Source of the DNA: Saccostrea cucullata
Lineage: Eukaryota
Assembly (NCBI RefSeq): GCF_032062105.1
Contig: NW_026933711.1
Span: forward strand, 310,001 to 374,000
DNA length: 64,000 nucleotides
Direction of reading: 5' to 3'
Shown here: in pieces, positions 26,901 to 38,900 of the stretch
How positions within the stretch are numbered: the first letter of the stretch is position 1
Layout of the letters: each line of letters begins with the position of its first letter
The notes under the pieces: model-generated
What the model saw: only the letters and a program-made list of their open reading frames with translations
What the model was told of the DNA's origin: nothing
The model's database searches: none
Program-made: the position numbers and the translations under genes

Positions 26901-29900
26901 TGAACAGGTTAAAGTTTTTGGTGCAGGTTTCATTTCCAAGTTTCTATGAGACATATAATGACCAAACTTGCATCGATGGTACATCTTAGGGATGCATACT
27001 AATTCTTGCTTCTGGATTCTGAATCTGACCTACATTTTCCGGTTGAGTGAACAGGTTAAAGTTTTTGGTGCAGGTTTCATTTCCAAGTTACTATGAGACA
27101 TATAATGACCAAACTTGCATCGATGGTACATCTTAGGATGCATATTACAAGACTTGCTTTGGATGCTGAATCTGAACCTACATTTTCCGGTTTTGAACAG
27201 GTTAAAATTTTTGGTGCAGGTTTCTTTTCCAAGGTACTATGAATCTATAATGACTAAAGTTCTTGTTTGTACATCTTAGGATAAATCTTTACCAGACTTT
27301 TCGGATGCTGAATCTGACCTACATTTTGTGGACGAGTAAACAGGTTAAAATTTATGGTGCAGGATGAATTTCCAAGTAACTTTGAGAATTATAATGATCA
27401 AACTTGCATGGATGGTATATATAAGGGTGACATTAATTAGGCTGGCTTCAAACACAGCTGAATCTACCTACATTTTCTGGATTAGTGAAAAGGTTAGTTT
27501 TTTATACAGGTTTCAATTCCAAGTAACTTTGAGCTCTATGTTGAACAAACTTGGATGATACATCTTAGGACGCACACTAATGGACTTGCTTCAGATGCTG
27601 AATTCGACATACATTTTCCAGATAATAGACCTCGTAAAAGTTATGGGTGCAGGTCTATAACCAAGAAACTATACCAAAGTTGCACAAATGATGCATCAAG
27701 ATATGAAAACTCTCAATCTTGCTTCAGATGCTGGATTTTAATTACATTTTCATGATGAAGAACTAGTTTTAAGTTTTTACATAGGTCTATTCCAAAGTTT
27801 CAAAATTGCATAAATTTTGCATTTTTGGATGTACACTTTTTGTTGGTTAATTGTGTGACTTAATTTGCCTTATTCAGATGACTAACATTCGTTGAGGTGA
27901 GCTCTGTAATCTCTGATTACCTATGTTTAATTAATCATAGAGATTTATTACATCTTTTACCCTGAACAAATATTGTTCCTTTGAGAAATATCATTAATGA
28001 ACAAAATATTAAAAATATTTTAATACAATGTACATTGTACCAGCCCAGATTAAAAAAAAAAATAATTAAAACAAAAGTGAAGGTTATGTATATGTGGAAC
28101 TATAGGTTGTCAAGTTTATGTTGTTTGGTCAAGTAATGATCTGAGACCTTGAGAAATCTCACATTTCTAACAGCCATTCTACAAGGCAATTAGTCGGGGA
28201 GGAGTATTGATATTCCATTCAAGCATTCAAAGGACATGAAGTGCAATAGCTAATTTTAAGAGCTGCATTATACAATGAATTTTCTGTGAAATTTAAGGCT
28301 CATTCCAAGTACAGTGAAGAACTAGCTAGCCTAGCTACAAAGATAAATATATACAGAATGAAAATTACTTATAAGTTATTTGTTGATAGAAATACATTGA
28401 TCATTTCTTGATCCTTGAATTTAATGCTAGAAACAGGGGTAATAAGTGGAAAGTGAAAATGTTCAGTAAATGTGTGGGTGTAAGTCAAGGATACATATAA
28501 TGTAACTTCTTGTATCCTGTTTCAGAGTTGGCTTTCCAGGTCAGCTGAATTTTTGCTATGCACTGTATTGTTGAATGGAGTGATTGGTCCCTCCGTCATT
28601 TTCAAGCAACTTCTTGAATGGCTGGATACCCTGGTGCATGTTTTTTAGCAGTAAAATATAAATCTGAAAAGGGATAACTTCAAAAAGTTGTACAGTATAC
28701 ACATATTTTGAATTAATACTGCCTACTCAAATTTCCACATTTTAAACTTTTAATTGTCAAGGACAAGAAGAGTTTATTTGATAGTAAGGTGTCAATCATA
28801 TGTCTGTCTTGTTTGTTTGTCTGATAAACTCTTTATAATTTTTTAATGTTTGAAGTCTCCATCATTATTTTCAAACTTTTCAACTTCCAATGTGAGACAA
28901 TCAAGAAAAGGCAACATGAAATTCACATGCTCTTACCTCAGAATTATAATGAAAATGAAATATAGGACTCAAATATATAATCATGACAATTAATATGACC
29001 CAAACACATCTGATATTATTATGCATTTTGTTTTGTGACTTGCAATATTAAGCCTTGAGAAAGTTCAGCACCATACATTGATTGAGCTGTTTTCTATAAA
29101 CAAAGAATTATTATCATTACAGTATTATTCTACATTGGTATGTAATGAATTAATCCTGACAAAATATAAAGATAGGGATGACAGTCTTCTCTAGATATGA
29201 AGAATAAAAGACTTAAAGCCTAATTTAGTTCTAGTCAGATATTAAAAGTACAGATGACGGGATTCTCTAGATGTGAAGAATAGAGATTTTAAGTTTAATT
29301 CAGTTCCATAGCTAGATATCAGGAGTAGAGATGACAGGATTCTCTAGGTGTGAAGAATAGATAACTGAAATCTAGCTACATATTGATTAAGAGTAGAGAA
29401 TTCTGTAGGGGTGAAAAATAAAGACACTGAGTCTTATTCAGATGTTCTAGCTTGAAATGAGGAATAGAGATGACAGAATTCTCTAGATATGAAGAATAGA
29501 GACTATAAACCTAATTGAAATCTAGCTAGAGATCAAGAGTAGAGATCGTCAGAGGACTGAATTTCGTAGGCGTAGGTGTGAATAATAGAAATTTTAAGTA
29601 TCATTCAGTTTCTCTAGCTAGATATCAAGAGTAGAGATGACTGGATTGTCTAGATGTGAAGAGAGATTTTTAACTTAATTCAGTTTTCCTTGCTAGATAT
29701 CGAGAGTAGAGATGACAGAATTCTTGAGTAGAGACACAAAGCTTAAATCAACTTCCCTAGATAGACAAAACTCTTTTTGTCATGTGAAGTCTTTAGAACC
29801 TTAGTGATTATCCATAAATGGTTCCTTGTATGCATGCTTTGTTAATCTTCCATTGATAGGTAGGGCCTTCTATGTCACTAAACTGCATTTAAGGTAAAAA

Positions 29901-32900
29901 TTGAAATTTTCAGAATTGTCAAACTCTACTTGGAAAATATTCATCTGCCTGCCAAGTACTCTTCTCTATCAGAGTGACAAAGTAATTGTATGTTTCACTT
30001 TAACTTCAGAGTAGTGATTCTACTTTAGAAATCAATTCATTCTGTGAAATTAATTCATTGAAAGTTTTTAAATCTTAAAATCAAGTACTCAGTGTCTGTT
30101 TCATGCAAGTTATTTGGATATCAAGTCATTGCCTAGGGAAGGGTGAATGTCTTCAGCAATTATGATTTTTTTTAATCTACAACCGCATGAACTCCTATAT
30201 TATTCAGTTTGCAATAAAAAGGGTGAAAACAAACTATGAAATAACTTTATGAAATATTTCTTTGTGAATTAAAATGGCATGAATATAAAATGTAAAGTTG
30301 CTTCCAGAAAATGACATTAATGAAGTGCATATATTGAAGCTGCAAATCTGCTTTATAACATTTTATTTCTCTTAAGGGCAACTTTTCCTTTTTTCCATTT
30401 CCAAAATGTTCCCAATTTAATGCTGCAGATGATTCTGAAGTCTCTTTGGACTTCTTTGTTAGACAATTAGATTTATGTATATTTTCTGTTCAGATGAATC
30501 GATAGCCTCTGGGAATTTTATGGCATATAAATTTCTCTAATTTAAAAAAGAAAAATATTTCATGAATTAAAATTTATTAAAAAGTGAGAAGTGATACATT
30601 TGCATGCACCAGACAGTAATACAGGAAAAAAAATTAATCATTTTATCAATATCATGTAAGAAATGCATACTTGTAATCTTTCTGTGTAAAGTTTAAAGTA
30701 CAGAATACCATGGTACAGAGAAAAAGAGAGAACCCTGAGGCCTAAATCTCTAGAGTTCATGATCAATTCCGGAAGCCGTTCAAACGGAGCACTAAATGCT
30801 AGCCCCAAATCCCACCATTGTTCAATTGGATAATCAATGTATATTACTGCAGACTAACGACTTTTTAGCACGCTTTAATATCCTGTCAATTTACATTTAT
30901 TTATATCATGACCTACATATATTTTTTCTGCGACTTGGACTGGAACCCTAGATCAGCAGTTTTCTTTCTGTGACCCTGGTTACCATGGTGATGGGTTGAC
31001 TGTCTGTTGGTTCAGTTGCTAGCAGAAGTCAAGAGTTCATTTTTCTGTTTCATATAAAATCAATAAGCTCTAAATGATGTTCCTTGGGATAAGTTAAAAG
31101 ATAAATGGCCATTTTGCTTCCTTTTTTTCCAGAATTTGATTTATATTATAGTAAATGTAGGAGAAAAAGAGGTGAAATTAATACTTTAAATCTCAGCAGC
31201 AATGTAAAGGTACATTTCTTAAAGACACTGCAATCATTTACCTGTAGCTTCACTGAAATAATTAAAATTTCATCAAGTCTGACCTTTTGTATAGAAAGTA
31301 AATGAATGTACCTTTGCTTGACAGTGAAAGTGATCACTGTACTTTAACTGCTAACTGCAAAATATATGTGTCAATCGATGTTGTGTTAAGAAGTTCTAAA
31401 ACATGAAAATCAAAGAGGCATAACAAAATGTATGTAAGTTAGTGCATTTTCAAGTCTGCTGATAATGTCGATAAAAGTGACATCTTTATGCTCAATTATA
31501 AAATATTTTGTTAGATACTGTGCAGTTTAATGTTGACTGTAAGTTTTGAATAACAAGAGGTCCATGATCTACAATGCTCACCTTTTATATTGAAAAATGA
31601 AGGGCTTTGTTTGATTACAGTGAAATTAAAACTTCAAATGCATGTGAAATTAAAAGTTAAGAGCAATCAGAAAAAAGTTATATTCCGAATAAACTATTAT
31701 CAGTCATATTTAAAGGCTGGCATCCCAAGTTAGTGTCAATTCAACAAATTATTCAAATGATGGATATAAGATCAAAGTGCTTCCAAAGTCCGATGTTATG
31801 CGCCAAACCCCGATGGTGTAAATGGTGAAATGTCATAGTACCTCTGCACCAAACCTCAATGACACGCCATAGGTCTTAAAAACAAGTATATATAAATAAA
31901 TGCGAAAACCAACCCTTATCTCTCATAAGAGCGAAAATGAGATATCTGGATGGGTGCAAGAAAAAAGTTATAGGTTGTGCAATGCAAGGACTAACCCTAA
32001 TCAATCGAGTGGTGTAAACCCTAATATCAGTAACCCTAATATCTCTGGGAGGTGCAAGCAATACGCATAATCAATGAAATTGTACTAAAGTTCAAATTCA
32101 GAAATGATGGCTTTCGAATGCAGGACAACGGTGTCAATGATTGACGTCAGATTATTGTGACGTCATAAACGTTTGTTCATCCGCACCAATTATCGCACTT
32201 TACGTCGTGCGTCTCATAGGAAACCAACCATCGGACTTTGGCGTGACCATAGGATAGCCATCAGTTGGCGCAGACCATCGGGGTTTGGCGCAGAAAATAT
32301 ATATCGCACAGATTTGATATATATATTTTGAAATATTTTCTCCTTAGGACAGTAGGGCCTGTGAAGTGTAGTATCACTCATTAAAAAAATATGCCCCCAG
32401 GGATAAGGTGGGGGCTTGATAGGAGGTCAGATTTTTACTTAGAATATGTAAAAAAATAAAATCACCTTTTCATATTATGACCCTTAAGGTATGGATGAGG
32501 CAGCCAAGGTGAAAGTTTATATGATAAGACATATTTAATCTTCTTTTCAAGAACAGCTGGGAAAAAGTTACTGTAAACCAACTATTATTCGTGTCATCTT
32601 TTATTTGCATTCTCTACAAATGCTTAGCAAAATGAATGGTTTCGGGCGATTAATAGTTGTGAGTAAAAGTAGGTCGCGGGACTCGTAGTTATTTCTCACA
32701 AACGAATAAAAGTTAGTTAAGATTGAATTTGATTTTTTCTTCAAATTGAGATCTTCAGGTCTAGAGGGTGGCACTAATGGGGTTTAAATTTTTACATGTA
32801 AAGGGTGAAGATTAATTCTAATGCAAATGGTTTGTAAAACAGTGGTTTGTAAAACAAGTTTTCATTGGCTAATGCACTTTGTTTGAAGCAGTAAAATGAG

Positions 32901-35900
32901 CATTAACGAGAGTGAAAGCTTTTCATTGTGACATCATAAGAGAGCGAAGCAAAAACACAGTGCTCTGTGACATATTTCATATAATGAAACTCAACAAAAT
33001 AAGACATAAACAGCAAACAACAAATAACTATCTTCTGATTTGGTACTGTTAAATCAGCATTATCAGTCGCAAATACCAAATTAGAAGATAGTTACCGTAT
33101 CAGCAGAATTTTAGTGAGGATCAAATTTTGGCATTATTAGCGAGGGTGCCAAGAACGCTGAAATTGAATATCGCTAAAAATTAACTGCGCTTTATTTGTA
33201 ATAGCCTCTTTAGTAAGCTTTTTAAAATCGCTAAAATTACATCCCGCTAAAAATAAAATACCAATTTTTAAGGACAAATCGCTAAATTTGCATCTTGCTG
33301 AAATTTCCACTTATACGGTATTCCCTAAATGAAAAGTGATTGATCTCAAAAACCTATAAACAATACAAAAATGTTAAGGGAGCCAGCATGAAACACAGAC
33401 TCCTGGAAGTTCCAGAGGTGGGATCAGGGGTCTAGGAGGGGTAAACATCCCTTGCTGACTGTTTACATCTGTGGTGAGCCCTGAGTATTGATCAAGTAGA
33501 TGGAACTTATATATAGGGTTCTTTGCTTATAAACTGAAAAACACTTTGCAAATAACTGTTGAAATGCCTGCACTGAAGTTCATACTTATTCCTGCAATAT
33601 TATTTTGAAACCTTGTAGGACACACAGTCAGTGATTTTCAAAAGGTGCTTTCCTTTTCTATTAATTCGTGGCTTTGTTTAAAGGTAGATTATTTTATTGG
33701 GGGAGGGGGAGGGATGGAGGATGTTTTATACTCCAACTCACATCATTCTCTATGGTGTTAGTAAAATGTGAATTTGCAGATTTTTCAAATTCATATCACC
33801 AAGAATTACCGTAGTCTCTTTGATTATGTACATTGTCATCAATTATTGATAGGGGAATTATTTGTTTCAACAGTATCCTAAGAGTTAAGATGAAAGCTCT
33901 TATTGAGGAAGAATTTAATTAGAATTCTTAGTACTGCTTCCCCTCAAACTTAGAATTTATAACCATGTTTTTAAAGACACAGTGTATAACTGAATTTGTT
34001 CAGAATCATTCAGTATCTCTGGAGGGGTGGCCTTGCTCAATATACAGGTTCAGTTTGCAATAAAGCTTCAAATTCTAATTAGTTCATGTTAAAATTTTAT
34101 TTTCAGACTTTCCTACAAAAGATGTAAAAAAGAAAAGGTTATCCAAACCAAAATCACTATTTCCATTGTGTGGTCGTCACGAGAATCGCGGGAAGGAGTT
34201 GGTATTACACGACATTGTTGTACTGACACAAACTATTTACGGTAAGTTGTAAAAACAAAATCAATCTCCTGAGATAATTTCTGCTCTTGTCCTATTTTAT
34301 AGCTTTGATTAAATTAGTTGCTTGTTATTCTGCTAAATCAATTTCACAGAATCAGTACAAAAAATATATTACCCATTAGCACAATGTTCCTTGGTAAAAA
34401 ATTATTCCATACTGAGAAAAGTAATGGGATGATTAGCACTGAGGGATCTTGTATCTTTTATGGCAAGTAATAGGTTCTACACTAGTACTAGTAGTAGAAG
34501 TAGCTGCAAAACTGTAGCTCTTTTGTAGAGGAAATTTCATCAGAAAATACAGAGAGCTACAGATCCATGCATTGAAAATACCTTCATTTTATTGTGCCTC
34601 TTATTTCTCACCTCAACATATTTATGGTATTCTAGATATTCACATTCTGATTCATTTACTGGATTTATAGTCAGAGTATTTTACCACATTTACAATCATA
34701 GTCTTTAACCACATTCACAGAGTTGTTCAGCACATTCACAGTCAGATTCATTTACCATGTCACTTATAGTCAGAGTATTTTACCACATTTACAATCATAG
34801 TCTTTAACCACATTCACAATCACAGAGTTGTTCAGCACACCCAAAGGCACAGTTATACACCACATTCAGACGGATGGACAAACAGACAGACAACAGACAG
34901 AATGCTATCAGAAAATCTCACTTAAGCTTTCAGCTAGGGTGAGCTAAAAATAGGTAAAACAACGCCAATAGCGTTAAAAACCACAAAATATAACATGTTA
35001 ACACTAATACCATAAACACTGTAAATACAGGAAACAAAGTATATCAATACTAACCCCTAAACACTGTCAATGTGCAAAGTAGCGTGATGCCTTGAGTCCT
35101 GAACAAATGAAATTATGTAAATGAACAAAAGTTTACCCTCTCTGTAATCTTGTATTTCTTAAGATCAGTTCTGATACATGTATTGAAAAAAAGAAATTAT
35201 TACATTTCTTAATACAGACTTTTGTTAAGGAAAACTCTTGGTACTTATTTATTATTTTGAAAATATCAAATATGTGAAGTTTTTAAGTACTATTTCAGAG
35301 TCATGAGGGGGGAGGGGGGCAGAAAAATAAATCAAAGAGTTTGAAAACTATTAACACAATTCTGATAGAAAACTTCTCTTAAAATAAATGACAAAGGGTA
35401 TGCAGGTCTTGAAAATGGTATAATAAACTCAACTTGTTACAAGCCCACACACAAACTGGGTGAGAAAAAAATATCCCACATGATTAATCTACTAGACAAA
35501 CAAAACAGCTATCCTGAACCAAAAAAGAAGGGTGCTGCTTGATAAAAAAATTTCCTTTTTATCTTGCACTCAATGCGATATAGTGTGATTAGAATAATGT
35601 TATAAATATTGCTGTAAGATGTCTTTTCATGTACACATTGAAAATTCAGGCTAATGATTTTGAACTCTATGACACTGAGGTTTTCCTTGTGATCAAATTA
35701 ACTAGATATACTGATTTTTTCCCAAACTTTTAATTAAAGCATTTTGAAAAAAAAAATGTTTTTAATTATCTCATCTGAGCCATTGTCCATTGCCATTTTC
35801 ATTGTTGTTGTCCTATTTTTTTTTTTTTTTACAGTTTCTTCCTCTTTAGATTTAATGGGTCTTTTTCAACCAAACTTGGCATAAAGTTCCTTAGGTAAAA

Positions 35901-38900
35901 GGAAGTCTAAGATAGTTAAGAAATAGTGAAAAATTTTGGGTTGGGTCATTTAAAAATCTTCTCAAGAACCATTGGGCCAGAAGGGATAAAACTGTTATAA
36001 TTGAAAGCTTCCTGATATAGTGTAGATTCAAATTTATTTAAATCATGACACCCCCTCCCCAAAGGGATAGGATGGGTCCACTATGAGCAAAACAAATGTT
36101 TAGCAATATGTATATACATTGTATCAGCATCCCCAGATAGTGTAGTGTAGATCTATATAAGTTTCTTTAAATCTTGTTTAAAAAAGAAACTGGGGATAGG
36201 GTTGGTCCTTTATGTGAAAAGTTTTGTGTGCCTTGGTCAGTTATATTGATATAGAAATATCCACTGACAGTATTCGTTAAAAAAAAAAAAAGCCCCAGGG
36301 ACATGGTGGGGCCAAATTGGGCAACCAATTATTGTAAAAAAAAAAACATAAGAAAAACCTTTCTTTTTTTCCAGGAACAGCAAAATTATGATGTGATATT
36401 TAGCATCCACATGAAATGTATATTCAAGTTTGTTAAAAGCATGACCCCCCACCCCAAAGGAAGGGTCTGACCACAATTGGGAATAGTACTACATGTACAT
36501 ACAGAAATCTTTAAAATCTTTTAAAAACAGGAAAGCCTTCATTAATCATATTTATAAGGAAGCATTCTTGCATAGTGTAGATTCAGGTTTGTTCAAATCA
36601 TAATTGACCTCAGGAGTAGGATCAGTCTACAATGGGTGATCAAAATTTTACACAGGAATATATAGGAAAATGAGTCGCTGATGAAGAAAAAGATGGGACA
36701 TAGTTACTTCAGTGTTTTCAATAAGATTTTCAATAGAAGGAAAAATAGATGGAATAGCAGGAAACCAGTCTCGGCGAGGGGTCTGGGGGCCGCCTTGGGC
36801 CCCCAACGGGTCTAGGGCAGAGCCCTGGTAGGGGGCCCAGGGGGGGCAAAGCCCCACGGCCGAAAACGAAAATCAGCATTTTTGACTCATTTTTCTTACC
36901 TCTCAGCCCATTAAAAAAGTAATAATTTTTCCACATTCTTGCCACAATATATTATCAAATTTTACCCAAGAAAGCCAATTAGAATTTTTTTTTTTACCTT
37001 TTTACAGGTTTGTTTGACAAGATTTGTGACATACTGGGTTTTATTCTTCTGAAAACTAAGTGTCTATAAAAACATATATACAACTTAAGTAGGAAATTCT
37101 AGTACAGACAATTGTCTGTGGTAGAATATTATATTTAAAATTCTACATATTTAGTCCCTTTCATATAAATTGGTCAGGACTTTTATTCAAAACTCAAAAA
37201 ATGATTTGTTTGAAAATTTTAGATTTTTTAAACACTTGGTGTTAAGAATTTCTATGTCTGAGTCATGATTAAAATATTAAGACTTTTATTTGTAATTATT
37301 ATGTCAGCTTAACATTTGCGATTTTCAGTTTGCGGAAATTCTGTAAGAATTAGAATGGATACATGATCAATTTTCAATCGAAAATTATAAAACACAAACA
37401 AATCTTTTCAGAATGGACCATTCTTTATGCCTCTTAATGTATGTTATCTCAACCGCATGTGTTACAGCAGGAGCACATTTCTCCATGACTTCGCTCAAAT
37501 ATTCGTTGTCCGCGACGCCATTACCTGACACTATCGATCTAATCAAACTTTCTTGAAAAAAGAGCGCACTCAAGGGAAGCTACTCTAGATCATGGAAATA
37601 GTTGCGATAAAATCTATGGATTTCGGGTATCAGCACACCGGCAAAATCCTAATGACAGAGAATTCATAGCCGGCAAAATTACTCGTACAGGCGGTTAATT
37701 TTGCCGGTTGCCGGCTCTTATTGAAAACACTGTACTTAGGTGAGCATTTAGGCTCATGGGCCTTTTTTTATTTAATTTTTACAACTTGAGTTTATTTCAT
37801 TCAGATGGCCACAAGTTCTGTTTAAAAGTTTACATTGGCATATATGCTGATGAATAACAAGAGGGCTAAAGTGACTCAGGTGAGCATTGTGGCCCATAAG
37901 TCTGTAGGATAGCTTTTTATAAACATGCTATTGCATTTTTCTTAGCTTAGAATCAAAATCTTAAATGGATATTGATAATGTTTTCTAAAAGAAAAATAAA
38001 ATGGGGACTTCGTACAAGTCTCTGACTGTTTAATTCTTTAGTTTAGCATCGCCTTTATCTATAGAAAAAAAAAACATGTTTCAGCTGCCACCAAAAAAAA
38101 AAAAGAACAAAACCCACCTTGGTATATTCTTGTCGAGGCTCTCTTAGGGCTCGCTGTCAGAGGTTTAATGAAATAAGGAATGATTAAGGAACAGATATAC
38201 AGACAATTAAGACAACAGAGCAACGATTTCTAGCTGAAAATTGTTGTAGGAAAGAGGCACTAAGGAGAAATTACTGATAAAAGATTTTTCCCTTCTCCAC
38301 TCAAATACCCAGCATGAAGGTAAATTCCATTCCCATTAACCAATTTGAATGGTAAAGCCAGCTTTATTGTAGTTTCTATTTTAGTGTCTTCAGTTTTTGT
38401 TCTGATGGATTGATATTGTATTAAGAAATGCATTAAATTTTTTTTTTATTTTGATATTAGATTTTCATTTATAAAGTCCCTAGTCTATGTAAACTCCCAC
38501 TCAGAATATCCTAGTTAAAGCAAGAGTACATTTTGTGTCATAACCAAGATTCAGTAAATTTTTATAGATCATTATCAGATGATTTTTTAATGCTCTAAAT
38601 CATTATCACTAAAAAGGAACATCTGCTTTATTTTTAGCTCACCCGAGCTGAAGGCTCCATAATGGGAAATTTTCCTCAGATAGTGTAGATTTAAGCAGGA
38701 TTAGACCTAATCTGCAGAGGAAATATAGAACGACCTTTAGTTACTCAGGTGAACTTTGTGGCCCATGAGCCTCTTGTTTGTGACATTTTGAAGCAAAGTG
38801 CATTAGTTTCTGTAACAATTGGTCTTAACATTATGACCCTTAAATGTAGACTCATTTAAATATAAGCAAAAGTAATATATTGAGATCTGTTTGAAAAGAT

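Noticed and set aside
34665-34840. ~99-bp direct duplication
   Set aside because: Simple local tandem duplication with no further structure
36648-36945. GC-rich Pro/Gly ORFs
   Set aside because: They lie in the GC-rich subterminal module of the 36710-37732 transposon
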